64,000 bases of DNA from a virus: IMG/VR virus record IMGVR_UViG_3300045988_151707, positions 46,036 through 110,035 of that record; one strand, given 5' to 3'. Shown here in pieces: positions 8,252 to 18,348 of this stretch (the stretch's first letter is position 1; each line of letters starts with the position of its first letter). The notes beneath the pieces were generated by a model. That model did not search any database. It saw only the letters and a list, made by a program, of their open reading frames with translations, and had not been told where the DNA came from. Both the position numbers and the translations under genes were made by a program.

Positions 8252-8827
8252 TTATGCAGAAGCTAGAACCCCGGCCTTTTCAAGCTCGTCAATCAGCTTG
8301 TTCAGTACGGTATGTGCATCTGCCGAACCTGTAGCATCTGTTACATGGGCACCCTGTTTTACCAAACCTGGTGTTCCTGATGCGGCATTTGTATAAGTTG
8401 TATCAGTCCAGTTTACTGTTACATAGGCTTTCCCGCTGCCATCTACTTTTACAGCATAATTCTTGCTGTTTTCAGAATAGCCGGTCTGGATTCCTCCCAA
8501 AGCAGAGTCGCTGGCTTTCGGGAGCACATAGCTTTCACCTCCGCCGCCACCACCGGCTGCTGCGGAATCCTTGATAACCAATGCCTTGACTTTTTTCACC
8601 TCCACATCGCTCAGAAGCCGTACCTTCATGCCGGCAGGTACATTGATTTCAATTACTGAATTTGTGAAATTCACCGTATCCATTGCGACGGGTTCCATGG
8701 TGTCAATAAACTGGTAGATTGAAAGCCTTCCGCTTTTCACACCCTGAATCTGCACCATTGTACGTCCTTCGGAAGTATATTCGGCCACATAGCCTTCAGC
8801 TCCCTTCTTAAAACTGATTTCGTCCAT
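8252..8827 (-). CDS. hypothetical structural protein with Gly6 linker and fibre-like C-terminal segment
   Basis: 191 aa, with ..AAAGGGGGGESYVLPKASDSALGGIQ..PGLVKQGAHVTDATG.. Confidence 0.5.
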   Translation of the reverse strand: MDEISFKKGAEGYVAEYTSEGRTMVQIQGVKSGRLSIYQFIDTMEPVAMDTVNFTNSVIEINVPAGMKVRLLSDVEVKKVKALVIKDSAAAGGGGGGESYVLPKASDSALGGIQTGYSENSKNYAVKVDGSGKAYVTVNWTDTTYTNAASGTPGLVKQGAHVTDATGSADAHTVLNKLIDELEKAGVLASA

Positions 8828-8856
8828 TGTTTGTGTTGTGTTTTTGGTTTGTAACT

Positions 8857-9489
8857 CTATTTATAGGGATTCTCCCGGTATTCCGGAAGAATGAACTGTA
8901 TGTTCACCGCTGCATCGTGCAGCACCTTATGGGCTTGTTCCTCACTTACCTCCATTTCGTCGGTAAACTCGCAGAAGATGTTTCCTACCCAGTCGGAAGC
9001 GCTGTTCAGCCTCTTTATGGCTACGCCGCGACAGCCATTGGTTATAAACAGGGATTTGGCCATCTTGTCCTTCACTTGAGAGTCTATATCCGTATAGCAG
9101 AGAAAAAGGTTTTCGGCCAGCCCTCTGCTGAATACTGCCATTTCGCTCATAGGGAGCCGCTGCACGTTGTCCTTCATGCCCGACACCCCCTTGCGTTTCA
9201 CTTCGAAATAGATGGAAAGGAAGGCTGCGTTACCCAGCGGGTGCGGCTGTACGATGTACACCCTGTCGGCCTTTGTCTCGTAGAGCACCTTCCACAGTTC
9301 GCCGAATACCTTTGCCGTGTTCTCGCTTCGCTTGAAGCTAAGACGTTCGGTTTCCTGCTTGTACCGTTCCAACTTCATATCGTTCATCTTGTCACGATAC
9401 TTCTGCGTCATTTTGTTGTACTGAGTAAAAATCAAGGTACCCACGGAAACTACAGCTGCGCTTATGGCCGTCACCATTTCTGCGTCCAT
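8857..9489 (-). CDS. hypothetical protein with N-terminal TM helix
   Basis: 210-aa ORF. MDAEMVTAISAAVVSVGTLIFTQ is hydrophobic. Confidence 0.55.
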   Translation of the reverse strand: MDAEMVTAISAAVVSVGTLIFTQYNKMTQKYRDKMNDMKLERYKQETERLSFKRSENTAKVFGELWKVLYETKADRVYIVQPHPLGNAAFLSIYFEVKRKGVSGMKDNVQRLPMSEMAVFSRGLAENLFLCYTDIDSQVKDKMAKSLFITNGCRGVAIKRLNSASDWVGNIFCEFTDEMEVSEEQAHKVLHDAAVNIQFILPEYRENPYK

Positions 9490-9513
9490 TCCGTGCCTCC
9501 TTCCGATTTCCCA

Positions 9514-9912
9514 TTATTCCATTTCAGGCGTATTTTTTTCAAAAAGAGCGGCAATAGCTTTTACCACATCGTAGAAACCGCATCCACTAAGGCCGGCAGC
9601 CAGTCCGTAAATAAGCGTTCCCCACCATTGGTATCCTTCGAGCAGAGGAGTAAGCTGAAGCGCCCATGCCAGCACGCAAACCACCATACCTACCGCCACG
9701 CTCACACCGATTTTTGCGAGCTTGCTTCCTGAAATGGCAGGAATTACTTTCAGGATTTGCGTCACGATAGCCGAGATAAGTGCTACGATTCCGGTAAACG
9801 TGCCTAGGTCGATTACGAATCCGGCAGTAGAAGGTTCAGAGGTTACAACGCCCTGTGCGAAAACGGTCACTGCAGAGATCAGCATTGCAAACATTAAAAT
9901 CATCTTTTTCAT
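9514..9912 (-). CDS. multi-TM membrane protein (holin candidate)
   Basis: 132 aa with several hydrophobic segments, in the lysis neighbourhood. Confidence 0.5.
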   Translation of the reverse strand: MKKMILMFAMLISAVTVFAQGVVTSEPSTAGFVIDLGTFTGIVALISAIVTQILKVIPAISGSKLAKIGVSVAVGMVVCVLAWALQLTPLLEGYQWWGTLIYGLAAGLSGCGFYDVVKAIAALFEKNTPEME

Positions 9913-9955
9913 TTTGTCGTCGTTTTTAGTTAAACATTTGGTTTTTGATGCAATA

Positions 9956-9997
9956 CAAAGTTACGAAGAGCACATTGGAGAATGAAGGACAAAAAAA
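9956..9997 (-). promoter_or_regulatory. conserved promoter architecture, copy 2
   Basis: Minus strand reads TTTTTTTGTCCTTC-N20-TAACTTTG, 44 nt upstream of ATG 9912. Confidence 0.6.
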
Positions 9998-10348
9998 CGA
10001 CGGTTTCTCGGAGGACAAAAACAAAAAAGGAGACAATCGCTTGTCTCCTTTCTGTGTGTGTTGATAAAACTCTCATCGAAGAAGGGAATCCCTGTTTTCC
10101 CTATCACGCCGCTAAATTACAAAAAATATTTATATCCGAATAAAACGGATATGTTTTTTTGACAATTGAATGCTTATTTGCACTTTAAAACAATAAAAAG
10201 GGGAATATACCTCTCTTGGAAATATCCCCCTTTATGCATCTAATAATTCATTAAGAATTATAGCTGCAAATATAGCTTTTTATTATGATTGACATCTTGT
10301 TTATGCTTAATTTTTAATATATTTATAGTGTATCTAATAATAATCATT

Positions 10349-11493
10349 ATGAATAAAATTAAGTATGAGCTTGTAACGCATCGTGTACACGGAGGAATGC
10401 TAGCTGTTTTTGTGAAATGTTCACAGTATGGTTCTGTAATAGAACTAGATACTAATGTCAGAGTGTTTAATGACGAATGGAGCAAAGAATTCGGACTTAT
10501 TTCTAAAAATCCAAATGCCGCTAATCTTAACCTGCTAATCAGAAAACTTGTGTATAACCTGGAAGAGATTGAACTAACTTATTCTGGAGAAATTACATTG
10601 TCTAAATTGCATGACATCTATTCAAAACGTGGAGCTTCTGCAGACTGGTATGTAATGTGGGAAAAATCCATGAATGAAAGAGGGTTAAAACCTCGTACTA
10701 TAGAAATACATGAAAATGTTTTGAAGACTATAAAAAAATTCAGAGATTCTTGTCCTGTCACATCATTGACAGAGGATTTCTTCCGCGGATTCATGGGATT
10801 TTTAATTAATTCCGGACTTAAATATTCAACCGTATGTAAGGAAATGCATGTTGTTAAGGCATATTATAATATCGCACGTAAATTGTATGGGAATAAGGTT
10901 CCATCGGATGCATTCGCTTTTTACCATGATCCAAAAGACCTGAACAATACTTATAAACTGAAGTCGTTAAGTGATGATGATATACGTAAGATTGAGAATT
11001 ATGTAGCATCTGGGACGTTATCAGAAAGTAAAAAGCTAACTATCAATCAATTCTTATTCATGAGCTATTCTGGAACTAGGATAAGTGATTTTGCTTCTCT
11101 CAACGAAAAAAACTTCAAGTTGGAAGATGGTCGGATTTGGCTTGAATATAATTCCGTAAAAACAAATACACATGTCAGAATACCTCTTTTTGCTCTGTTT
11201 GATGGAAGAGGTGAGCAAATATATAGCCAGTATCAGAATAGACTTTCAGAGTTTTTTATGTGGGGAACAATTGCAGGTTCAATTCAAGGTTGTCTTCCGC
11301 TCTTAAAGGAAGTGGCCTTAACAAGCATGTAACCGCTCACGTTGCAAGACATACTTGCGCAAGCAGATTAATTAATAGGAATGTTCCTATAACTACAATA
11401 CAGCAAGTAATCGGTCATAGACAAATAAAGACTACGATGATATATGCAAAGATTGACGACAATTCGTTTGTAAGACAATTGAAAGGATTATAA
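10349..11493 (+). pseudogene. tyrosine recombinase (integrase/invertase family) interrupted by a frameshift in a T6 tract
   Basis: Two track ORFs (10289-11332 and 11260-11493). The second carries ..HVTAHVARHTCASRL..GHRQIKTTMIYAKI (HxxR..Y catalytic region). Adding one T to the T-run at 11252-11257 fuses the two frames (..SEFFYVGNNCRFNSRL..). Confidence 0.8.
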
Positions 11494-11516
11494 AAAGCCT
11501 CTTTACGAGGCTTTTT
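11494..11516 (+). terminator. intrinsic terminator after recombinase
   Basis: aaagcctc-tttac-gaggcttt followed by a T-run. Confidence 0.7.
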
Positions 11517-11519
11517 ACA

Positions 11520-12034
11520 AGTTCTGGCGGAACTGATGGGTGGATTTATAAGGAGAAGCCCAGTTTCAGAATCTTTCGACTCCTGTATAAATCAGGGCGT
11601 TTATAATATCAATAAGACCACTTATCCATCCGCAGTAAACTATCCTCCAAGTATTGTCTATGGGCTTCTATTTGTATTCAGTTCATCGAATGGATGGGTT
11701 TCACAATTATCTCATAATTTGGAAAATAATACAATACACACAAGAATAAGAAATGAAAATGGTATTTGGAATGAGTGGAAACAGTTATAATTCTTTCCAT
11801 TCAGTCCATTCTCCATTACTTATTTTTGCCCTTTGATAAGTCGTTCCAGTAAATATCTCTACTAGTATCTGAAATGCACTTTGATCAGATTTCGCAGAAA
11901 GCAGAAAACCAAAATATCCATTTGTGTTTGTTGAGCCATTCTCTGCATAATAATATCCATCTTCAATGTTGTTCGCGTCAACCACTTTGCGTCCACGATA
12001 GGCGAAGGGGAATTGTATTAGTCCCGCCAGGACT
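11520..12034. other. candidate invertible DNA segment (knob-domain switch)
   Basis: Bounded by an imperfect 18-bp inverted repeat: agttctggcggaactgat (11520-11537) and the reverse complement of 12017-12034, agtcctggcgggactaat (15/18 identical). The segment contains two convergent knob-like coding cassettes. Confidence 0.5.
11521..11790 (+). CDS. promoterless alternative knob-domain cassette (silent in this orientation)
   Basis: The frame is open from 11494. It encodes VLAELMGGFIRR...NENGIWNEWKQL, which parallels the C-terminus of the convergent ORF (..ISNGEWTEWKEL). It sits directly after a terminator and has no promoter. Confidence 0.5.
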   Translation, partial: VLAELMGGFIRRSPVSESFDSCINQGVYNINKTTYPSAVNYPPSIVYGLLFVFSSSNGWVSQLSHNLENNTIHTRIRNENGIWNEWKQL

Positions 12035-12369
12035 GATGAAAACTGTTCTTTGCCAATATATATAGGATTCCCATTAGAGTCAATTCCTCTTATAAAAGGA
12101 ATATCTTCTGAAGGCTCATTCAATTTCTCTGATTTTGAAATTTCTCTAGATGCATCTCCTATACTGATTATTCCAGTTTCCATATCGCTCGGATTTGAAA
12201 CTATAAAATTTTTAGGAGAATTTATTTGTAAAAATGATGACATTAATTCAGAGATTACTTTTTTCATGGAATCTTTTGACATCTTTTGTACATCCCCATT
12301 ACTCTTTACACCAAGAAAATAATCAAAATCTTCAACGGATGTAACGTCTGATAATTTTTTATCTGCCAT
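11785..12369 (-). CDS. fibre-tip protein with C-terminal knob-like domain
   Basis: 194 aa. MADKKLSDVTSVEDFDYFLGV.. is a fibre-like N-terminus. The C-terminal 78 aa lie inside the invertible segment. Confidence 0.65.
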   Translation of the reverse strand: MADKKLSDVTSVEDFDYFLGVKSNGDVQKMSKDSMKKVISELMSSFLQINSPKNFIVSNPSDMETGIISIGDASREISKSEKLNEPSEDIPFIRGIDSNGNPIYIGKEQFSSVLAGLIQFPFAYRGRKVVDANNIEDGYYYAENGSTNTNGYFGFLLSAKSDQSAFQILVEIFTGTTYQRAKISNGEWTEWKEL

Positions 12370-12412
12370 AATTATATGTTTTAATCGTTTGTGTTTTGTT
12401 ATATAATACTCA

Positions 12413-12934
12413 TTAAACAGTTTCCTTATTATCCGGAAGAACCGGTCTGTAATAAATTACTTTTTCAGATTCATCAGGAGAAAGTGAAAGAAGCATAGGA
12501 TTCTGGTCTGGCATAGTATCCTCTGATAAAGTATGTGGAGTCACTACCTCAAGAAGCACATCATCAAAATTAAACTTAAAACCAGAAGGAGCTTCTGTGC
12601 CGATTACCTCATTAAAACTTGGATATAAACGCTTTAGTTCCAATGCCTGATTGTTTGTAAGGCTAATGTTATTAATATCTGATGATACTTTTCCCAATAA
12701 AGATACGAGCTTGTTAAGAAAATTATAATCCAGATTATCCGGATAGAACAGATTTCCTTCTTCAATCATAGAATCTTTTTCTGATTCTGGTATTTCTTTC
12801 CACAATGCCGCTTCTTCCATGGATGAAACAATCATTGATTTTTCAAAACGTCTTTCACTAATTGGAACTTCCTCACTCTGAGTAAGAAGACATCCGTTAC
12901 TTGCTTGTAGTATCATTTTTCCTTGCTTTTTCAA
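12413..12934 (-). CDS. hypothetical protein (fibre module)
   Basis: 173-aa ORF, AT-rich module. Confidence 0.55.
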   Translation of the reverse strand: MKKQGKMILQASNGCLLTQSEEVPISERRFEKSMIVSSMEEAALWKEIPESEKDSMIEEGNLFYPDNLDYNFLNKLVSLLGKVSSDINNISLTNNQALELKRLYPSFNEVIGTEAPSGFKFNFDDVLLEVVTPHTLSEDTMPDQNPMLLSLSPDESEKVIYYRPVLPDNKETV

Positions 12935-13184
12935 TCATGTTGTCAATAGCATCAATAAAACGTGGGTTCCCGAACCTGGAATATTCCTTAATCAGTTCCA
13001 CTTCTTTCTCATCATATTCTTCTTCACCATCTGAATTGTATATCTTACGGCACAATTCAAGCGAAGCAACTCCCCTGCCCGATGCGTAGATAGCATCGGC
13101 AAACATTTCTCTTACATCTTCCACTGCTTCCGTGACGCGTGAAAGACCGTTGAAAACGTGTAATTCCTTAAAATTCAGTTTCAT
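12897..13184 (-). CDS. hypothetical protein (fibre module)
   Basis: 95-aa ORF directly after the large fibre gene. Confidence 0.55.
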   Translation of the reverse strand: MKLNFKELHVFNGLSRVTEAVEDVREMFADAIYASGRGVASLELCRKIYNSDGEEEYDEKEVELIKEYSRFGNPRFIDAIDNMIEKARKNDTTSK

Positions 13185-13186
13185 TA

Positions 13187-16100
13187 TTATCCTATTTTAT
13201 AACAAATTCCATTTTTAAAATAAAGGGTTTTTGAATACCCGTTTGGGGGCACATATTCTGCGGTACCTGTAAATCCAGTAACTGAATTACCTCCTTCTGT
13301 CATTGATATTTGAGTAGGATTTATAATCATACTAGAATCTCCCATCTTTAATCTTATATCTCCGTTTGTTATCTGAGTGCTCTTGTCACCGCTGTTCATT
13401 CTTATGTCAAACGGGTATAGGTAAAGCGTTTCCCCTTCAATATTTTTCAATGATATTGCAGCTGATTCATATCCTGAATTGTCGTAGAAAAACCAGCTAG
13501 AAAGCACATTCCCTGTACTTGAAACTAAAGCCATTTGTCTTGAATCAGGGTCTAATATAATTCTGTTTCCATCTGAATTAGTAACAACACCTCCAGTGAA
13601 AGTACCTGTAGCAGATTTCAACTCACCGGAAAAAGATCCGCTCGTAGCTACGACTTCACCTTGTATATGTGCTTTTGTAGCATACATCTCACCAGATTCC
13701 GTCACACGGAAGGGAGCAGAAGCACGGTTCTCGTAAGTGCTTCCTGCAAAAATACGCACAAGGCTGCCTGAATTGCTTCCTGTCATACCTGCAGTAACAG
13801 TACCATCATCTTTCTGTATAAGCAGGTCGTTTCCCTGAAACAACTGTATTTTTGCATTCTTGGCTATAATCAGTGATGTAAAAATAGAACCTACATTCGC
13901 GCCAAACCTTTTCCAAAATTCAGTGTTTGCGTATGTAATGCTGCTGCTCGATACATGCGTTTTCAAACACTGGTATGCGTCCCATCCGGTTTCAACAGCA
14001 TTGTTTCTTACCAATACTACATCTATATAACGAACAGGAAGGCTTCCGTCTTTCACATCGCTGTCATTACGGTATTCCGTGTTCAATGCCCATTCAGAAT
14101 CGCGGATTACACATCCCTGAAGACCGTCTGCCCCTTTCTCGCCAAGCTGTGCAAATACAGCAGGAGTAGAGAATAACCCCCATTCTCCATCTGTTGATTT
14201 CCTTCTTTTAGAGACCCATTCGTATGGATAAGAAACAGAAATACCTGAAGGTGAGCGTGTCCATCCACTTGGTATGTAATCATCTATCTGTGCTGTTGTT
14301 GGAGTTGAAGGGGTTGAATTTATTGTTGTTCGTGTGTAAATTTCTTCAGTATAAGGTCCGTCTTCGCCTTTTTGAGCAATTATTTCGTATTCTAAAGAGT
14401 TTTGTTCTCCCGTTAGTATATATCCTCCATCTTCAAATATAAATCTATTCCCATCATTATCTGTCCAACACCATAAAGGAGGATTGTTAGTTGCATTTTT
14501 TGCAGAAAATGAAGAACCACACATTGTTACAACACCCATTTCAGGAACTTCCATGCCAGACTCCCACCTTCCAATATAAGTTAACCCAGCTCCATCTTCA
14601 CCCTTATCTACTTGTAGAAGCCAATCAGCATTTTCCTTGGAAGGTTCTGTATCTGTCCCGTCTTCTGCTACGCATAGCCACAATATACCATCATGGCTTA
14701 CACGGTCATAAAATTCATATTTTGTGCCACTTTCCCATTGACCTCTGTCATTTGCCACAAGAACCGGCGTTCCATCTGGTCTTACTTGATTTATTGTACC
14801 AGTAAAATACACAGAATTAAGGTACATGGAGTAACCAGACATGTTCAGCCCGAATATGTTCAAATTCGTCAGGTCGCCATACTGCATGGCAATATTCCCA
14901 ACCGTAAATTCCCAGTCATTCTGTTTCCAGAGAAGTCGGGTATATGATCGTGTTTCGTATGCGGAGCTTTGTCTTGCTTCATCAGTAAAGTTTCCGTAGC
15001 ATGAAAAACTCATCTGTGGCTGTGGATGAATAGTATATCCGGGACGAAGTGCATAACGGAATGTCTCATTATTATCTCCCGACACCTCCGTCACGCGAAA
15101 ATAGGTGGTTGCAAATCCGGAAAATTTGAAGTTACCTTTGCTGTCGTCAGAATCCTCGGTAGCATCCCTTTCATCGCCAAAATGGAAGATACCAAGTGCA
15201 ATGTCATCCTTAGATACCGCACCAAACTCTCCTTTTTCCAGCTTTAGTGTACAAGTTCCAGTTGTAAGCTGATTACCTTCCGAATCCGTATCAGGTGTGC
15301 ATGACAGAATAATTCCAGCACCAGGTACACGCCATTTAATCCCCAGGAAAATCTCTACACGGTTGTACCGGAGTTCAGGAACCTCCAGAAATTCCCACAA
15401 GCGAAGTCCGCGCATTTCTCCGTATCCTTTTTTATCTATCTTTGCGCCAAAACCGGTTAAACCTTCGGCAAAACCTTTCTCTCCCACCACAATTCCTGCC
15501 ATCATCGTAAGCAAGAATTTTGTGGAGTCTTCACGGTCTTTATTGATAAGGTATTGTCTGAGAAGGTCTAAATATTTTCCAGTAAGCAACTTGGTTGTGG
15601 GCACGGATTCGTCGCTTTGAAGGAATTCTCCCTCATCTCCCTGGCGTGCCACATCAGAAATCTGCTTGTCGTTGATAACCAGCTTGCCGATAATGGAAAG
15701 CGTGCCTTGAACTATGTAGGAAGTGAAGCGTTTCAGCGGACGGATAAGGTCATCGGCTGTCACTTCAAACAGTTCTTTCCATCCGGCTGTATCCTGCGTT
15801 TGTCCTTCAGGAGTAGAAAGCTTACCGTAGTCCAGTGTAATTTCACGGTCGAGGGTGGCAGCTTCCAGACTGTCGGTGGCGGTAATGCTTCCGATACGTA
15901 TGTAATAGAAATCTTCGCTGGGATTCTCTCCGCCGATGCTTCCGTCAGTAGCATAGTCGTTCACGGAAAACAGCACCATGGCATCGTCAGAACCACGTTC
16001 CAGACGGGCATAGATGTAGTGTGCCTCCGTGCGGTTCAGACGGGTGTTGTATCCCGTCAGCGTCCAGCTTCGGTATTCTCCGTTGGGCAGATAATCTATG

Positions 16101-16246
16101 CCGTAGCTTTTCTGCGGAGCCACCATGATGGTACAGCCCGGAACCACCCCCACCTGAATCAGGTTGGGGTTTTCCAGTGCATTTTCTATCATGGACACGC
16201 CCTGGTAAGAAATTCGGTATGCGTTACTCTGGTAATCGGTTATCAT
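13187..16246 (-). CDS. large tail fibre / host-specificity protein
   Basis: 1019 aa. Contains a CBM5/12-like segment ..QWESGTKYEFYDRVSHDGILWLCVAEDGTDTEPSKENADWL.. Confidence 0.7.
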   Translation of the reverse strand: MITDYQSNAYRISYQGVSMIENALENPNLIQVGVVPGCTIMVAPQKSYGIDYLPNGEYRSWTLTGYNTRLNRTEAHYIYARLERGSDDAMVLFSVNDYATDGSIGGENPSEDFYYIRIGSITATDSLEAATLDREITLDYGKLSTPEGQTQDTAGWKELFEVTADDLIRPLKRFTSYIVQGTLSIIGKLVINDKQISDVARQGDEGEFLQSDESVPTTKLLTGKYLDLLRQYLINKDREDSTKFLLTMMAGIVVGEKGFAEGLTGFGAKIDKKGYGEMRGLRLWEFLEVPELRYNRVEIFLGIKWRVPGAGIILSCTPDTDSEGNQLTTGTCTLKLEKGEFGAVSKDDIALGIFHFGDERDATEDSDDSKGNFKFSGFATTYFRVTEVSGDNNETFRYALRPGYTIHPQPQMSFSCYGNFTDEARQSSAYETRSYTRLLWKQNDWEFTVGNIAMQYGDLTNLNIFGLNMSGYSMYLNSVYFTGTINQVRPDGTPVLVANDRGQWESGTKYEFYDRVSHDGILWLCVAEDGTDTEPSKENADWLLQVDKGEDGAGLTYIGRWESGMEVPEMGVVTMCGSSFSAKNATNNPPLWCWTDNDGNRFIFEDGGYILTGEQNSLEYEIIAQKGEDGPYTEEIYTRTTINSTPSTPTTAQIDDYIPSGWTRSPSGISVSYPYEWVSKRRKSTDGEWGLFSTPAVFAQLGEKGADGLQGCVIRDSEWALNTEYRNDSDVKDGSLPVRYIDVVLVRNNAVETGWDAYQCLKTHVSSSSITYANTEFWKRFGANVGSIFTSLIIAKNAKIQLFQGNDLLIQKDDGTVTAGMTGSNSGSLVRIFAGSTYENRASAPFRVTESGEMYATKAHIQGEVVATSGSFSGELKSATGTFTGGVVTNSDGNRIILDPDSRQMALVSSTGNVLSSWFFYDNSGYESAAISLKNIEGETLYLYPFDIRMNSGDKSTQITNGDIRLKMGDSSMIINPTQISMTEGGNSVTGFTGTAEYVPPNGYSKTLYFKNGICYKIG

Positions 16247-17244
16247 TTCCCTTTTCTGTATTTCTGATTCATTTTCTCAATTTCCTTGGCTTCCTTGGCC
16301 ATGGCATTCATAATTCCCAGGATGCGGACCGCCTCGCTGTCGTACACTGCGTCGTAGTCACTGAATCCCTGATACTTCATGATGTTGTTAATCATTTCCA
16401 CCTCTATCTTGATGGGGTTCTGCCGTCCGTTCTTTTTCCCGTTAGGCGTGAACAGCTCCGGATACATGCGTGCGTAGGCTTCCTGCACGCTCTGAAAATA
16501 CTGCACCATGACGGGGAACATGCGGGCTTCTACCATGCTAAACCAGCGGGCGTTTTTCTGTATCTGTCCGGAGTTGAACGACCACACGCGGCGCTTACAC
16601 TTGCGCAGGTAGCGCCCTTCGCGTATCTCTCCCGTCTCGCGCACGGATTCGTTGAACAGCGTGGCCAAAAACCGGCAGCGTGCCTGCTTCATGCGGCGCA
16701 ACTGCATCCGGATGGCGGCATGGGTCGATTTTCGCCTTACAAGCGTCTGTAGAACCTTCTGTGCGTCCCAGTACATGATAAGCAGATTCTGTGCGGACTG
16801 GTACTGCGCAAAGCTGACATCGGACATCACATCTTTCGGTGCTTTCAGACGAAGGGTCCCCATACGAAGCCGGATAATTCCGTATGGAGTGACGGTGCGT
16901 GCAAAAGGATTGTCCAGAAAACCGAGCTTCTGGTCTATCCACTGGTCCACCTGCCATGCCCGCATGGGAATGCGCTCAAACAGGTGTCGAATCCCTTTGC
17001 GCCGGAAGAGAAACACCGTCTCACCATTTTCATCGGTCACGGTGCGCCGCACGATTTTCAGTCCGAGAAAAAGCATGAAGCACTTCAGCTTGAAAAGTCG
17101 GTCGGCACGTTCCTCGTCGCCTGCCGCAGCCATAGCCTCCTTACGCTTGTAAAGTCTGTTCACCTCTTCCAGTTCTTCGGTCGACAGCCAGTTCCAGCTG
17201 TCGGGAAGTTCCGGAAGATGTATCTGGTAGTTTGTCGTATCCAT
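16243..17244 (-). CDS. hypothetical virion-module protein
   Basis: 333 aa. 4-nt overlap with the fibre gene. Confidence 0.6.
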   Translation of the reverse strand: MDTTNYQIHLPELPDSWNWLSTEELEEVNRLYKRKEAMAAAGDEERADRLFKLKCFMLFLGLKIVRRTVTDENGETVFLFRRKGIRHLFERIPMRAWQVDQWIDQKLGFLDNPFARTVTPYGIIRLRMGTLRLKAPKDVMSDVSFAQYQSAQNLLIMYWDAQKVLQTLVRRKSTHAAIRMQLRRMKQARCRFLATLFNESVRETGEIREGRYLRKCKRRVWSFNSGQIQKNARWFSMVEARMFPVMVQYFQSVQEAYARMYPELFTPNGKKNGRQNPIKIEVEMINNIMKYQGFSDYDAVYDSEAVRILGIMNAMAKEAKEIEKMNQKYRKGK

Positions 17245-17263
17245 TTGTCGTTTCTTTATACTC

Positions 17264-17304
17264 CAAAGTTAGGTATATGACAACTGGGGATGAAGGACAA
17301 AAAA
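17264..17304 (-). promoter_or_regulatory. conserved promoter architecture, copy 3
   Basis: Minus strand reads TTTTTTGTCCTTC-N20-TAACTTTG, 20 nt upstream of ATG 17244. Confidence 0.6.
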
Positions 17305-18330
17305 TCAGTGCCGGGTAAAGGCTTGCGGACGCATGACGAAGATGGCGTTGTCCTGGTTGTCGTAATCGAATATGGGCTGTTTGTCCGGTCCGGTTATTTC
17401 AGTGAGCGGCGGCACATACAGCGGAGAATCCTTGATAAACTCTCCGAAAGAATCCTGATGGTTGGAAATAAATTTGCGTGCCTTTGTCATGGAATAAGCT
17501 GCCTCGTTTTCGCTGTACTTTCGCTGTTTTTCCGGACGGCGCGACTCGATGTAGAGTGCCAGCGCCATGCGCAGACAGTCCACCGCCTTCTGCCACACCG
17601 CATTTATGGCATCCTTGTCTTCGCCCGTGAAAAGGTCAGACTTTAGCGAGCGCGTGCACCATTTCACCAGCGCATCGGTCAGCTCCTCCCCTATCTCCGG
17701 CTCTATGTAGGCGCTCTGGCAATAGCGGATGTCAGGCAACATGGCGATGAACTTCTCCCGGCTTTCGTTAATATCCAGAAAACGGTTCATCTCGATGGCG
17801 GTAGTAAACAGCAAGTCGCCCTGAAGGTAGAAGTAACGGCTTTCGCGCCACAAATCGGCAAACACGGGGGCCTGACTGCACGCATCCTCTTCCAGGAATA
17901 CCAGCAGACGGTCTACTCCGCGACGTCCCTTGAAATACGCATCGCGTTCAAACCGGCTCACGGATTTCTCGTCGGCCTTGTCGTACCCGTCGGTGTACAC
18001 CTGATTCAGTCCACCTCCGTCGTTCAGACTCACCGTGAGAATGCCGGTGCTGTTGGCCAGCGACAAGTAGACCACCGGAAGCTGACAGGCACGTATCAGA
18101 CGGATTTCGGGTGTAAGGTTTTCTTTTTCCACGTAGGCCGCCGTCACTCCGCCATACTCTTCCATGGCCTTATCGTATTCTTCGCATACCTTTTCGTAGA
18201 GTTTCCGCCCAAGTATCGGCACAAGAATGTTCTCTTCTGTCTCTTCCATGATTGTGAGAAGTGACTGGTCGCCGCTGTACACGCTGGTGGGCACGTATGC
18301 CCTGATTTCTTCGGTTTTCGTTACTAGCAT
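17305..18330 (-). CDS. hypothetical protein
   Basis: Track ORF trimmed to ATG 18330 (MLVTKTEE..). The track start at 18351 is a TTG inside the -7 box. Confidence 0.6.
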   Translation of the reverse strand: MLVTKTEEIRAYVPTSVYSGDQSLLTIMEETEENILVPILGRKLYEKVCEEYDKAMEEYGGVTAAYVEKENLTPEIRLIRACQLPVVYLSLANSTGILTVSLNDGGGLNQVYTDGYDKADEKSVSRFERDAYFKGRRGVDRLLVFLEEDACSQAPVFADLWRESRYFYLQGDLLFTTAIEMNRFLDINESREKFIAMLPDIRYCQSAYIEPEIGEELTDALVKWCTRSLKSDLFTGEDKDAINAVWQKAVDCLRMALALYIESRRPEKQRKYSENEAAYSMTKARKFISNHQDSFGEFIKDSPLYVPPLTEITGPDKQPIFDYDNQDNAIFVMRPQAFTRH

Positions 18331-18348
18331 AGTCTTTGTGTTTTTCTT

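Noticed and set aside
8827-9732. 301-aa plus-strand ORF
   Set aside because: It is antisense to two good minus-strand genes (8857-9489 and 9514-9912). Its sequence is His/Leu/Phe-rich and shadow-like, and it has no operon context.
10258-10485. 75-aa minus-strand ORF upstream of and overlapping the recombinase start
   Set aside because: It lies in AT-rich promoter-like DNA, and its translation is dominated by Ile/Leu/Ser.
13955-17280. Numerous plus-strand ORFs inside the 1019-aa fibre gene and the 333-aa gene (for example 15617-16267, 16177-16752, 16652-17152)
   Set aside because: They are shadow ORFs opposite long, continuous minus-strand genes.
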